From: Phaeosaccion multiseriatum
Taxonomy: Eukaryota > Protista > Ochrophyta, other classes
Assembly: GCA_965112735.1 (NCBI GenBank)
Contig: OZ218954.1
Location: 744,001-808,000 of the forward strand
Direction: 5' to 3'
DNA length: 64,000 nt
In this document: positions 1 through 27,686 of the stretch, piece after piece
Numbering within the stretch: the stretch's first letter is position 1
How the letters are laid out: each line of letters starts with the position of its first letter
Made by a program: the position numbers and the translations under genes
Notes under the pieces: model-generated
Seen by the model: only the letters and a program-made list of their open reading frames with translations
Told to the model about the DNA's origin: nothing
The model's database searches: none

Positions 1-1268
1 GCTCGACCAGGTGAGGAGGGGCCTGTCAGCAACAAGCATCATGTGCCGCAGCCTCGTGCAGGAGTGGCAGCTCTACGTGGCCAGGAGCAAGAGTATCTCC
101 AAGGTAAGGGAGGAGGAATGGCAGTGGATGGCAGTGGATAGGAGGGAGGGAGGTACGTGTGGCTTTTCTCCCTTCTCATGTTGGAGGGGGAGTGTATATC
201 CTTTGGTTTGGTCTTTCTTCGCCAGAGCTGCGGGGACGTCTTTGAGCGTTTGAGCGGGAGGGATCACAGATGCACATACACCCTGGACGCACCTTGTTCC
301 GGACTGCCACTCCTCTAACTTGCGGGCTGTGCTCTGCTCTTATCTTCTCTTACCTTCCCTCCTGTTGTCCTTGATGCATTTTTGTTGCTGTTGTTGTCCT
401 GTCTCTCCCTCCCCATCCCCACACACCTCCCTCCCCTCTCTCCCTCTGCGTCACCAACCCGTGAAGGTGTTTGTGAGCATCAAGGGCGTGTACTGTCAGG
501 CGGTGGTGCACGGCATCCCCATCACGTGGATACAGCCCCATCAGTTCACACAGCACTTCCCGCAGAACGTTGACTTCAGGGTGAGTTGGAGTTTCGGTTT
601 TGTGCGAAGTTTGAGTTTGAGTGTTTTAGTTTTTCTTTTTGCTGCTTCTTTCCCAGTTGTTCAATTCAGTCGTTTGTTTTTGAGAAGGAAGGAGTTCACG
701 TGAAGGAGTGGCATCGTAGAGGGTAAACGTGGTCAAGTTCAGTCTTTTGGGTTGAGGAGGTGAAGGTCAGTCTTTTGTTTTGATAAGAACGGGGTTGTAT
801 GCATCTAGAGGGTTTGCGTGGTCAGGCAAGCAGGTTGTGCTCTCTGTCCCTCCTTGGCTAACGCCCGATGCACACACACGCACACACACACACACGTTGG
901 TGATATATATATATACATGCCCTCACAGATCATGCTGACCTTCCTGGACTTCTACGGGGTGCTCCTCAAGTTTGTGCTGTTCCGTCTCTATGGGGAGATG
1001 AACTGCGCGTACCCACCTCCTCGGGACGAGCGGCTCGCTGGGTCCGACGGCGGACTGAGGTCTATTTTGACGGGGGAGGAGGGGGAGGAAGGGGCGGGAG
1101 CGGGAGGAGGAGGAGGAGAAGGAGGAGGAGAAGGAGGAGGGGGCGGTGGCGGTGGCGACAAGCAGGGGGAGGAGGAGGGAGGGGGAGGAGCCAAGTCGAT
1201 GGCAGGCTTGTCCAAGGCTGGAGCGAAGGCGTTGAAAAAGCAACAGGTAGGTGGGATGGGAGGGAGGG

Positions 1269-1326
<58 letters not shown>

Positions 1327-3767
1327 ATGCGCGCGCGTGTGTGTGTGTGTCACTCTGCACGCACACGAGCACGCGTGTAAGTAAGATTCCTCACCCAGTT
1401 TCTAGTTTCAGTTTCCACCCCTCTCTCCGTCTCTTCTCTCTCCATATCTATCGCACTCTCTCCCTCATCCCCCCCCTCCTTCTCTCGCTCTCTCTCTCTC
1501 TCTCTCACACAACACACTAAAACTCATATATATATGTATACATTGTATGCAATTGTAACAGGCCGACTCGGAGTCCCGAATCAAGACACTCGACATGGGC
1601 AGAATCGGTAAATCGACAGGGGCGGGGATGGCAGTGAATGGAGCAGAAGGGAAGGAGAAGGAGGAAGAGGAGGAGGATGAGGAGGAGGGAGGAGGTCCCA
1701 TGGGGGAGCAGCTCACCGTGCCCCTGGAGGCTGCTTTCATGCAGCAAAGCGAGGAAGGGGAAACCATCCTCGACGGCATGGACACGGTGGAGCAACGCAG
1801 GGGCAGGCTTTTTCAGGGGCTCAAATTCTTCCTCGGTAGAGAAGTGCCCAAGAGGTGGGTGGGGTACACAAGTCAATGGACACGTGTGTGTGTGCGTGTG
1901 TGTGCGTATGTGTGTGCGCGTGTGTGTGTGTGTGTATACATCATCAACATTCATCACCAGTCACCATCTCTCACCCTCCTCTCTGTTTCGACAACGCACC
2001 CAATGACAGTTACATGGAGTTTATCATCGCCGCCGGAGGAGGGCAGGTGGGGTGGGAAGGTGCCGGAAGCCCCTTCGACATCAAGGCCCCAGGTGGGTGG
2101 GTGCATGACTTACTAGACGGACTTCAACGTGACTCTCAACCATTCATTTGGCTTTTTTCTTCCTTGCCTTACACACAGCCAACCAACCAACCAACCAACC
2201 AACCAACCAATAAACAGATATGTGTATATCTTCATTGGCTTACGTCAGTCACCATTCCTTGTTGACTTACAAGCCATCCATTGCCTTACAACCCACCAAA
2301 CCAAAACACGCACACACACAGGCATCACACACCAAGTCGTGGACAGACCGCGTCTCACCGCCCCGCGTGTACGAGGGAGGGAATACGTGCAGCCCCAGTG
2401 GGTGCTCGACTCCATCAACAGCTGTCTGCTCCTCCCTGTGGAGCGCTACGCACCGGGGGCAGATCTGCCACCCCACCTCAGGTGCGTGTGTGCGCGCGCG
2501 TGCGTGCGTGTGTGCGTGTGTGTGCGTGTGTGTGTATCTGTGTGCGCGCGCGTGTATGTGTGTGTGTATGTGTGTGTATGTGTGTGTGTGTGTGTGCGTG
2601 CGTGCTTGAATGTGTGTGTGCGTGTGTTTGTGCGTGCGTGTGTGTATGCATGTGTGCGTTAGTGTGTGGAAGTTGTGTGGCATGTCCCTGTGTATGCATC
2701 CATTAACTGTATGCATCCATTACCTTAAAACTGCACACGTCCATCTCTCCCTCTGTCTCTCCCTCTCCCTCGTCCTCGTAGTCCTTTCGTGGACGACAAT
2801 GACGAGGGGTACATACCAGCATACAGGGAGGAGTTGCAGAAGCTTCAATCAGCGGCGGCCAAGAGGAGACGGAAAGAGATGACCGGAGAGGGGGAGGAGG
2901 AGGAAGAGGAGGAGGAGGAGGCGGTGGGGGCGAAGGGGAAGAAGAGGAAGGCAGTGGACGAGGATGAAGAGGCCAAGTATCAGAGAGAGGTGGCGCAGGA
3001 GTCGGTGGGTGTGTCTTTCTCGAAGGCTGCTGTGGCAGAGGAGGAGGACGAGGAGGAGGACGAGGAGGAGGAGGAGGAGGAGGAGGAGGAGGAGGAGGAG
3101 GAGGAGGAGGAGGAGGAGGAGGAGGACGAGGAGGAACAGGAGGTGGACGAGGACGAGGACGAGGAGGGAGAGAAGCAGAGCGGGGAGGAGGAAGGGGAGG
3201 GAGAGGAAGAGGAGGAGGAGGAGGAGGAGGAGGAGGAGGAGGAGGAGGAAGAGGAAGAGGAGGCAGCTCCTGCTAAGCCCGCTACTGCGGAGGAGGAGGG
3301 GAAAGAACTTGCTAGGATTATGATGAGCAAGAAGGCGAAGCGATTGTATGGGCGGATGCAACACGGGCTGTCGAAGAAGAGAGAGGAGGTGGAGGCCCTC
3401 AAGCAGAAGAGGTGAGCTGGTTGGTGGTACGAGGGAGAGAGGGAAGGAGGGAGGGGATTGGGAGGCGGAGGGAGGGGAGGAGGTGTGAGCCCCTGTGCCT
3501 ACCCTTATGCCTGCCGCTACGCTGTTGTTGCCTCAACGTCATCTTCTTACATAACCATACTATCCACGCGTATCTCTCCATCTGTCTCCCCCTCCCTTCC
3601 TCCCTCCCTCCCTCCCTCCCTCTCTTCCTCCCCTCCCCTCACGCAGGCGAAAGCTGGAGAAAACGTATGACGAGCCCGTCGGAGCCGTGTTGAGCAAGGC
3701 TGGGCAGAAGAAGAAGAAGAAGAAGCAGAAGAAGAAGATGGGGGCTGCTTCCGACGGGGAGAGATAG
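1..3767 (+). CDS. PES1: Pescadillo/NOP7 homolog (ribosome biogenesis, BRCT domain), 5' end outside window; exons ~1-103, 467-580, 929-1246, 1562-1854, 2010-2092, 2322-2481, 2782-3411, 3647-3767
   Basis: Spliced translation gives [20 protein letters not shown]|VFVSIKGVY...VDFR|IMLTFLDFY...LFRLY, a BRCT region ([14 protein letters not shown]...THQVVDRP...[12 protein letters not shown]...LPPHLSPFV), an acidic tract and [15 protein letters not shown]. All joins are in-phase GT-AG. Confidence 0.95.
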
Positions 3768-4631
3768 GATAGATAGCTTAAGATGGCAGTGGATGGACAG
3801 GCAGAAGGCGGCAGAAGGAGGAGGCTGCTGTTTCCGACGACGGGGAGAGACGATGATAGCTTAGGATGGCAGTGGATGTGTGCGCAGCTGGGTAGGCAGA
3901 TGGCGTCGGATGGGTGAAAGATGCCGTATAGCTAAGGAGGAGGAGATAGATACCCCGGTGTGGACAGGAGAAAGCATGGGAGAAGCACGCACAACACCGC
4001 GCCCCACCCCACCCCACCACACCACGCCAGTTGGTGATACACCCCACCCCACCACACCACACCACGCCTACTGCGCCCTGTGTATGTGTGTGTGTGTGTG
4101 GGTGGGTGGGTGGGTGTGTGTGTGTGTGTGTGTAAGAGGTCAATGAACGGACGAACGGAAAGAAGGGAAGGAAGGGAGGGAGGAGTCAGCAGCAGCAGCA
4201 GGAGGAGGAGGGACGGGGCCTTCCTTCCATTTAACTTCTGACTTTTGTTTTTCGTATATATGCTACTATATATTATATATTACAATAAATTACATATGCT
4301 TGCAATGGTATGCAAGTAGTGTTGAGTTCTGAAACGAAACCAAATTATCGTATGCGAAAAAAGTACAAGCGTATGCCATCACGTCAAATCTATATTACAT
4401 TCTCTCCTCCCTAACCCCCCCCCGCGCCCTCTTTTCCATACTAAACTCGTATCTTCTCTCTCTCTCTCTCCAGTCCCCCACCCCATTGTACACACCTCCC
4501 CCCCCCAGACACGAACAATTACGTAATTGTTGGTTGATTCCTGTACAATGGTACGTCAACAATTGTATGCCCCCAGACCATTCCACATCCTATGGCACGG
4601 TCCTAGGGCCTCTCCCTTCGGTTTTGACCAC

Positions 4632-4782
4632 CTACTGTCCTCTCCATCCACTGCCATCCTCCTCCTCCTCCTCCTCCTCCTCCCCGTCTTCCTGTAGTAT
4701 CGAAGACAGCAGGAGGACGAGAGCGCCGGTGTTGTTTTCGTCCACGAGAGCATCAAGAAGCTTCTCTGGGAACAATGCATAA

Positions 4783-4815
<33 letters not shown>

Positions 4816-5803
4816 ATCACCAACTGCTGCTGAAGAGTGCTGCCGGACGCCTTCAGCTGCTGGCATGTTGCGGAGTGCTGCCCCCCCTGGATATTGGAGG
4901 TGCTGCTGTCCATTGGCTGCCAACCATCCCCCAGGTAATCTAAAGGATGGATGTCTGCTTTTTGTTCCTTGGCTGCTCCGAAAAGAAGGAACGGAATACT
5001 CGGCGCGACGTCGCAGTCCACCTCCATCTCCGGCGAAAAAGGATGAACCTCTTGTAACTGCTCCTCCTCCTTCTCCTCCTCCACCTCGTCCTCCTCCTGC
5101 TTCTCCTGCTGCTGCTGCTGCTGGCTGGTGCTTAGCAGCACAGGCAGTTGCTGACGTACTTGAAGTTGCTGACGTACTTGCAGTTGGCCATCGCCAATAC
5201 AATCTGCGTCTCCTCCGTCCGTGTGTCCGTAACCGTAAGGTGTGTCCTGACACTCTCTCTCCATCCTGACACCCTCTCTCTGTCCTGACACCCTCTCTCT
5301 GTCCTGACACTCTCTCTCCATCCTGACACCCTCTCCCTGTCCTGACACCCTCTTCTCGCACCCGTACCCGTTTCCACCATCTCCAGTTCCATCTCCACGT
5401 CCATCAGCTTCAGCCTCATCCCCAGCCCCAGCAGTTGGTGATACAGCAGCCCTGGCAGTTGGTGATACAGCAGCCGCAGCAGTTGGTGATACAGCAGCCC
5501 CAACAGTTGGTGATACACACACCCCAGCCCCAACCCCAGCCTCATCCACAAAGTGGCCGTAGTCATCGTCATCGCTGGTCCCTGCCCCTCCACCTGCGGC
5601 ACCAAAGACAGAGCCACAAAGAACGACACCGTCCTGCAGAGGGGAGGAGGAGGAGGGGGAGGAGGAGGAGGAGGGAGAGGCCGCTTCGCCCCCCGGGTCC
5701 CGCACGTCCCCACGCACCAACCCCCCTGGCGGCGTGAAGCTCTCCTGCGCGACGACAGAGGGCGCCAGCAGATGGTACCAGAAGTACGCCCCTGCGTCCG
5801 CAC

Positions 5804-5835
<32 letters not shown>

Positions 5836-7229
5836 ACGCCGGCATCGGTGGTGTTGTCGCCTTGCTGGTGCTCTAGGGGGTGCCTGGACAGTTCTTGACC
5901 CTGCCCATAGGACTGATGATGCTGCTGCTGTATCACCAGCTGCTGCTGCTGCTGCTGCTGATCGAGGGAGACACACTGCTGCTCGACTCGCTGCTGTACA
6001 TGTGATGTAACAAGTGGTGCATGTTGAGGCTGGGCTTGATGACGTAAGAGAGGGGCTTGATGACGTAAGAGAGGCCGGAGTCCTGAGTGGCAGGGGGGAA
6101 TGCGGTGGCTCTTGGAGAGGGTGGCACCACAGAAACTGTCAGGCACAGCGACTGCCCACCCCCCCCCCTCCTCCTCCTCCTCCTGCTGCTGCTGCTCCTC
6201 CTCCTGCTGCTGCTCCTCCGCCTCCTCTTCCTCTCGACGTTGAACTTCCCCTAGCCCGGCTATCTCTCCCTCCTCTGGCCCTCCTCGTCCTCCTCCTCCT
6301 CCTCCTCCTCGTCCCCCCTTGCTGACAGACGAGGCAGGCTGGAGGTTGGGCCATGAAGAAGGCAACGAGTCTCTCCGCTTCCTCATCATCATACCACTCA
6401 TCATCCTACCACTGGTGGGGGGGGGGCTCGCACTTCGGCGATGACCATCGGGTGGTTGACCAACTGGTGGAGGAGTGGTCCAACACGTAGTCCCCCCCCC
6501 CGCCTTCCAGAGGTCACGACCTGTTGCGCTGTGGGAGAGAACCCCGCGCATGTGGGAAGGCTTGGCGTCGTCGTCGTCGTCGTCGTGGTCGTTGTCGTTG
6601 TCGTAGGAGGTGGTGGTCTTGCTGGCCTTGGTGGGTAGCACGCAAGTGTGTGACATCGTCTTGGTGGGCGCCGGGTTCGTTCGGCGCTTGCGAATGGCTG
6701 TACGCTCTAAATCCCTTGTCCGGCTTGTTGTTGGTGATGATGTGGACGATGTTGTTGTCGTGGTTGAAGAAGAAGAAGAAGAAGAAGAAGAAGAAGAAGA
6801 AGAAGAAGAAGAAGAAGAAGAAGAAGAAGAAGAAGAAGAAGAAGAAGAAGAAGAAGAAGAAGAAGAAGAAGAAGAAGAAGAAGAAGAAGAAGAAGAAGAA
6901 GGAGAAGGAGAAAAAGAAAACGACGACGACGAAGAGGAAGGCGTTGACGTCAGCAAGTTCTTGGCGGCTTGCTGCTGGAAGGACCGCTGGTGCCTCTTTC
7001 CCTGCTTGTGCTTGTGGAGGTCAAAGCGCCTCGCTGCCCTGTACTCGCACCCCGGTGTGTCACACGGGAAGGGCCGAATACTCGCATGCACTTCCCTGGT
7101 GTGCTGAGTGAGTGCTGCCTGCGTTCGGAACCTCCACCCACAGAACGCGGATAGGCAGCGAAAGCGCCTCTCTTTCTTCTTGTTGTTCCTCTTGGAGCGG
7201 GACGAGGAGGAGGAGGAGGGGGCAGGCAT
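4632..7229 (-). CDS. C2H2 zinc-finger protein with long low-complexity C-terminus (apparently intronless; start taken at ATG 7229, frame stays open to 7907)
   Basis: FRCLSAFCGWRFRTQAALTQHTREVH-ASIRPFPC-DTPGCEYRAARRFDLHKHKQGKRH gives two C2H2 fingers with a linker, preceded by a basic NLS-like stretch. The remainder is poly-S, poly-Q, poly-E and repeats. Confidence 0.7.
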
Positions 7230-7384
7230 CACTCCTGTATGCGGTTCTTGTTGCTGTTGTCTGTGGGGGCGGGGTGATGGCGTGATGAGGATCGGAAGAT
7301 GAGCAGGCCAGAGCAGGCCAACGGAGGGGAGTCCAGCAGCCGATCCGACACCAGCGGAAACAGCAGCAACAACAACAACAACAA

Positions 7385-7418
<34 letters not shown>

Positions 7419-8582
7419 TTCAACTTGAGTAACACAAAACACAACACAACAACTACTACTAAGCGACGAGGGCACCAGGCGAAACTTCTCGGCAACGCTT
7501 ACCTCCTTTCCAAGGAAGCCCTTAGTTTGCTTCGCACATGCTGTCTGTCCATCACCAAAACAAACGCCACGCACGCACGCGACGCCCCTCCCCCTCCTTA
7601 CTCTGAACACCCCCCAGCCGAGCCCACGCAACAGCCTGGCCGCACCGCAGCTCCACACCCTCGTCGGACGAGATTGCTGAGCCTCCAGCCTGGCACTGAG
7701 CCACTGAGCTCGCAACCCCTCTCCTCCTGCTCCTCTGGTCCCTACTCTTCTTTTCTGATCCTGCTGCTGCCGCTGCTGTATGCGAAGAAAAACCGTGTTT
7801 TCCTTCTTCTCCTCGCTCAGCTTCTCGACTCCTTGCGAGTTCGGCGACGGCTTTTCCCCGCCCGCCTGGCTCTGCTCTTCGCTTTCTCCTCCCGCTACCC
7901 AAACCAAGAAGAACAGGCGCCTTTATGCGCGCCTGGACGTCCACACATGACTGAGGGACTCCTCCCAGGGGCAAGAGAGGCACGATCGTCCCCTTTCCCC
8001 CTAAGGAACCCATTTCCTTGTGCTCGCGGCCCAGGCCGGGGTCTTCTACGAACGCAGGGGTCCTATTTTGTTGATTTTGGACCATTGATGGTCCTTTTTC
8101 CTATTTTTCCCTCTCTCCCCTTCTTCTTTATAACTTCTGTGAACCTGCCCACGTACTACGCGTCCGAGAGTTTGGCACGGATCCCCCAGCGGATGCGTGC
8201 AAAATAGCAAAATAGCGCGGCGTCCGGACGTCCGGGAGCCAGGCCCGAGGAGCGAGCTTGCTTGCCCGAGTTTCACCTCTCGAACATCAACATTCGGATA
8301 CCCCTCGCTTCTATTCCTTTCATCGGTTGATTGGGCGCAGCGGCTTGCCTGCAGCTGTTTGTGCTTGTGCAGCCTAATAAGGGCTGCTGTGCAACGGTCT
8401 CTCTCTCCTTTTTTTTTGCAGGGCCAGGGATGCGAGGTATAGGGTGCATTGCAGCAGCATCTTGTGTCTTATCGCTCGATCAATCTCAATCCGATCCGTC
8501 GTTGCGAGAGAATAAATAATGTGACAGCTGAAACTAAAACTGGTGGAGAGGGGGGATTTGTAAAAAGGGGGACGTTCAAGCA

Positions 8583-8659
8583 ATGCCCAGTAGTGGGGGC
8601 GCGCAGGGTTCTGCCGCTGGCTCGCGGAGTGACGCGACGGATGCAACCACAGAAGAGGA

Positions 8660-8697
<38 letters not shown>

Positions 8698-8824
8698 CAA
8701 CAGCAGCACAGGTGGAGGAAAAGCTTCGGGATGAGATTGCCATCCTCTCTGACCGGGTGTACGAGAGCGACAGGCTTCTCCAGGTAGGTAGTGTTGAGTG
8801 AATAACTGAGTATATATAGGGGTG

Positions 8825-8864
<40 letters not shown>

Positions 8865-11273
8865 AATGGCCTTGCTTTTTCATTTCGTTCTCTCTCCGCC
8901 TTGTTCCTCTCTCTTCTTTTCTCGCTTACGCTCTCTCTCTCTCTGTCTCCTGTCCTACTTCTCTACTTAACACGTACACACTCTATCGCACACGCACACA
9001 CATACACACACTCTCTCCCTCTCTGACACACATACCCACACCTCTCCCTCTCCCTCTCCCCGACGGACGCGCGCGGCAGACCGAAAAGGACGCCCACAAG
9101 GTGGCCCTGATGGCAGCCGAAGGCACGGAGCGGCGCCTCTGTAGGCAGCTGCAGGAGCTACAGGGCATGCTAGCGGAAATGGAGCGGGAGAGAGACGGTT
9201 TGCGCTTGGAGGTGGGCCTGTGTGGGTGGATGGGCGGGTGGATGGGTGGGTGGGGTCAGTGGGTGGGTGCAGTCGGTGGGAAGATATAGCGCTGTATCAC
9301 CAACTGCTGCTGCTGCTGCTGCTGCTGCTGCCACAACTGCTGTATCACCAACTGCTGCGGCTGTCCCTATTGTTCATCACAGGTGGCGAGAATGGATGCG
9401 ATGGTCGAACAGAGTCGGGAGTCCGCCGCGGCCGCTGCCGCGTCTCTCTCCAAGAACGAAGCTGAGATACAGGTAGGGCAGTTGGTGATACACTTTCCCT
9501 CCTTCCCTCCTTCCCTCCTTCCCTTCTTCCCTCCCTCCCTCCCTCCCTCCCTCCCTCGCTTCCTTCCTCCTTTCCTCCCTTAGTCGCGTACTCATTCATT
9601 CACTCACGACTCACTCCCTCACTCCCGCACTCGGATCTAGCTACAGGGCCAGTTCACACTATTGTTAAAACTCACTCACTTCTTCCCTCACCCCCTCTCT
9701 CCCTCACTCTCTCGGGTGCAGGGGAAAACTACCTCTGCCTCGCCAAGCCCTGCTACTGGCGGTGCTGGTGGTGCTTTTGGGCCCCTGAGACGAGGGAGTG
9801 CGGCCGTAGTGGGGGTAGGAGCAGCTATCGGCCAGCTGGCTTCTCGGTGGTCGGGTCGGGGCAAGGATGATGATGTAGACGAGTTGGTGGTACAACAGGA
9901 GGCAGTACAGCAGCCTCAACAGCACAAGGGGGAGGAGGAGGAGGAAGAGGAGAAGGAGGAGGTGGAGGACGGGAGCCTTAAGGATGGCTATCACGCGAGG
10001 ATGGGTGGACACAGTGCCAGTTTCGAGGTGCGTGCAGCCGCGAATGCGTCAGGGGCACCAGTTGGTGATACAGGGGCAGACGAAGGGCCAAGGGAAGGAG
10101 CAGGGGCAGGGTCAGGACCAGGAGCCTCCCCATACACCTCTACCATGACATACAGGCCTGGCGACTGGGTGCCGGAGACAAACATGCACCCCTGCCCCGA
10201 CTTTGGGCTTGAGGCCCCCTGTGTGCAGCACCTGTTGCGGCAGTGGTCGACTGTGCCAGCGCAGCTTAGCTATCTGACGACTTGGTTGGAGGCCATCTTG
10301 CAAGGGGGGAAGGGGGGAGAGCTGAGGCCTCCACCGAGCAAAGGTGAGAGAGAAGGGTAGGGTAGGGTACGGTAAGGTGAATCTCCATGTGCGGGGAGAG
10401 CAGGCCTCGATATTCGAGAATAGACCACCTTGATACTCGATATCTCAAGAGGTTTTGAACCCGAGCATGTCATGAGATAGAAGGGGAGAGTAGATGTCGA
10501 CATTCGAGAGTAGATGTCGATATTCGATATCGACATTCGAGTGTGGATTGTACCACCCCGGTACAGGGAGTGTAGACGTCGATGCGCGGGTGTATGGGGA
10601 GGTAGTAAGGAGGAGGAGGATTTTCATTTCAAGTGTCAGTTTATTAAACCTTCCCCTGCCCCTCCTCTCCTCCCCGCCCTTTCATGCTCCTCCTCCTCCC
10701 CCCCCCCCCCTGCCCGGGCCCCATCCACTGCCATCCCGAACAAACAAACAAACAAACAAACAAGCAGGGCTGCAGCTGATCTCCCTTGCCCCGGAGGTGA
10801 AGGAGGGTTTCCTCGTCCTCATTGTGCCCATGCTGCGCCAGAGGAGGCAGGATCTGACTCTTCTCGTGTCGAGCAGGAGGATGGGGGGAGGGCTGTACGA
10901 CCTGCGCATCAAGGTAAGTTATGTCAGTGAGTCAGTCAGTCTATCAGTCTATCAAGGTTATGTTATGTCTGGGGTAAGTCAGCCAGTCAATGCTGACGTA
11001 AGGAGGTTCCTTCCTAAGGAGGGTTCTTTCCCTCCCTCCCCCTGACACAGGCTGCCACCCCTTTTTTACACTCACTCACTCCCTCCCTCCCTCCCTCCCT
11101 CCCTCCCTCTCTCCCTCTTCCCCCCCTCCCTCACTCCCTCCCTCCCTCACTCCCTCCCTCCCTCCCCCCTCCCTCCCTTCTCCATTCATTAGGTGGCCAG
11201 TGCCAGTAACAGTCTTGCAGGGCGTATCGAACAACGCCTCGCCGAGATGCACGACCCCGAAGATCCTGCCTAA
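8583..11273 (+). CDS. Hypothetical protein with N-terminal coiled coil and globular C-terminal domain; exons ~8583-8783, 9080-9211, 9383-9472, 9722-10343, 10768-10913, 11193-11273
   Basis: In-phase GT-AG joins; heptad-rich EEKLRDEIAIL...ERRLCRQLQELQ; C-terminal PCPDFGLEAPCVQHLLRQW...GLQLISLAPEVKEGFLVLIVPML...YDLRIK. Function not recognised. Confidence 0.7.
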
Positions 11274-12187
11274 GGCCTTACGTAAGGGTAGCCCAAGGGT
11301 AGCGTAAGGGTGGCCTGCCCACAAGGCGTGAAAAGGTGCTTGGCCCAAGAGGTCAGGCGTGTGTGTTCCGGCATCGACGCCACACCTGATACCCTGGTAC
11401 CGACCCACTCACACCCAAGGTCAAGCACCCTGGTACCGAGAACTGCTTGACATTCTGAGCGGGACGAGTGCCTGACACCCTGTACGATGACGATCACCGC
11501 GGTGTTTCTGCTGAAGAGAAACAGGGACAGGGTCAGAGTCAGGATTAGGGTCAGGGTCAGGGTCAGAGTCAGGGTGAGGGTCAGGGGCACGGCCACTGTC
11601 AGGGTCCGGGTCAGGGGCAGGGTCAGGGGGAGGGCCCTGCTGCTGCTGAACAGGGAACTGGACAGGGAGGCAGAGCAGAGGCATATGGGAGCAGAGCGCC
11701 ATCGGGGGACAGCCGGACACCACACGACCACCCACCACAGCCACTGCAGCACCACTGCAGCACCACAGCAACTGCAGCACCACAGCCTCTGCCGGACCAC
11801 AACCACAGCCTCTGCAGGAGACAGTTTTGTGCTTAATTCTTTGGGGCCTTTCGCGTGTGTCTATGGAAAGAGACAGGGAAGGCCACTGCATCGATCCAGA
11901 GCACCACAGGGGGCAGCTGTTGGTGATACAGCAGCCAGCTTTTTTGCGCCTTTTTGTGAATTTGTGTGTGCGGGCAAGAGACATGGGAGACATGTTGCAC
12001 CGCACCAGCGGGCGAGAGCGTCTGGACGACTAAGGAGGACTAAAGAGCAGCGACGCACCCCCTAGGGCCTCGCACCTCTCGTGCTGGGCCTACTCAGACG
12101 GACGAGCAATAATCAAGGGTGTGAGAAACCATGAGGTGTATCCTTCGGAATTGGAAGAGGATGTAGGTATGAGTGTGGAGTACTCTG

Positions 12188-12218
<31 letters not shown>

Positions 12219-12552
12219 ACACTTACCAGCAAGCTGGTTTGCTGTAAAAGAGTGAGTCATTCCAACCTCCCATTACAGTACCTGTACGGTACCACCTGGG
12301 TATGGCTTTTGAGTGCTACGGACAGTACCACCTACACACTGCTTCAAGGGTTCTTACTACAGTGTAGGGGGTTGAGTGCTACGGACGGGGTTGGCTTGGC
12401 CACGCTTCCCCAACGGAAAGAGTGAGTCAATGTGGGGAAAACGTACGTGAGCTTACGTGAGCTTACCCGAGCTTATTGTAAGGCCGCTCCAAGCACAGAG
12501 GAACCACAGGGTGTGCCTACCTGACTGACCGTGCATGTCTTGTTCTTATCGA

Positions 12553-12662
12553 CCCCTGATAAGCTGTTGAGCTATTGCCATTGCCGGCGCCAGCGGACAC
12601 GCTGTAAGCTTTTGATGCGTGCCCACGTACCAATAGCGCAGCTTTCGGGATAGCATCAGGGG
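12553..12662. mobile_element. Putative ~110 bp MITE with CCCCTGAT...ATCAGGGG termini
   Basis: ATCGACCCCTGAT (12548-12560) and ATCAGGGGTCGAT (12655-12667) are perfect inverted repeats. A related element lies at 31128-31224. Confidence 0.55.
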
Positions 12663-12934
12663 TCGATTCTTTTTTTAAAAAAAAGCTAGTCGTTTAGTGT
12701 TGTTGTCCCCCTCGCCCCACCCACCTGAAATCGCGAATTTCCCTGGAATGTAACGTCCAAACAAGTAAGGGGTGCAATAAACAGAGCAGGGGAAGGAGGC
12801 CCTAGAGCAGTAGTGATAGACTCTCCTTCCTGGGATGAGGCCAGTCCAGGAAAGCAGCCATAGCTGAGGGGCAGCAGCAGAGCGGCAGTAGTTGGAGGAG
12901 CAGGACAAGAAGGGGGGGAGCAGCAACTCCGACA

Positions 12935-27205
<14,271 letters not shown>

Positions 27206-27686
27206 AGGAACTTCCACTCTTACAGCCAAGCAGGCAGCATGTAGGGAACAGGAGGGGAGAAAGAGGGAGAGCGAAAGGGTTCGGGACCGGGGTGGGCAGC
27301 GAAGGGACACCTCCCCTCCCTCCCCCTCCCACGAGAGTGAGGGGGGTTTTCAGTTCTCTGTAGCGAGATACTAGCTATGAGTCGTGTTTTTCTGCTCTCT
27401 CTCTTTCACCAAATACCAGTACTTGAAAATCATCGGTTACATCGGTTACACACCCACGCACCGACCACCCGTCCAACCCAACTAGCTCCGTCGCCCCGTA
27501 TGTATACATGTGCGTGTGTGTGTGTGTGCGTGCGCGTGTAATACATGTGATGTGTACGTGTGTGCGTGTGGGGGGGATTCCATTTCCCCCACATAAGTCA
27601 GTAAAATCTGTAACGGCTCTCCCTTAAAACGCGAGGTTCATTTACATTTTATATTCGCGTGCGAGCGAAGCGAGTACGCTTTCTTC

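Noticed and set aside
4812-4826. Similarity of TATCACC in the dispersed motif to the lambda operator half-site
   Set aside because: Only 7 bp, with no 17 bp dyad and no phage context; coincidental.
7299-8207. 302 aa plus-strand ORF, and the 226 aa non-ATG upstream extension of the C2H2 ORF
   Set aside because: No recognisable domain; GC-rich low-complexity sequence in a divergent promoter/UTR region, so it cannot be supported as coding.
11487-12065. ORFs with (RV)n / (DP)n repeats
   Set aside because: Translation of the TCAGGG array downstream of a stop codon; no other coding signal.
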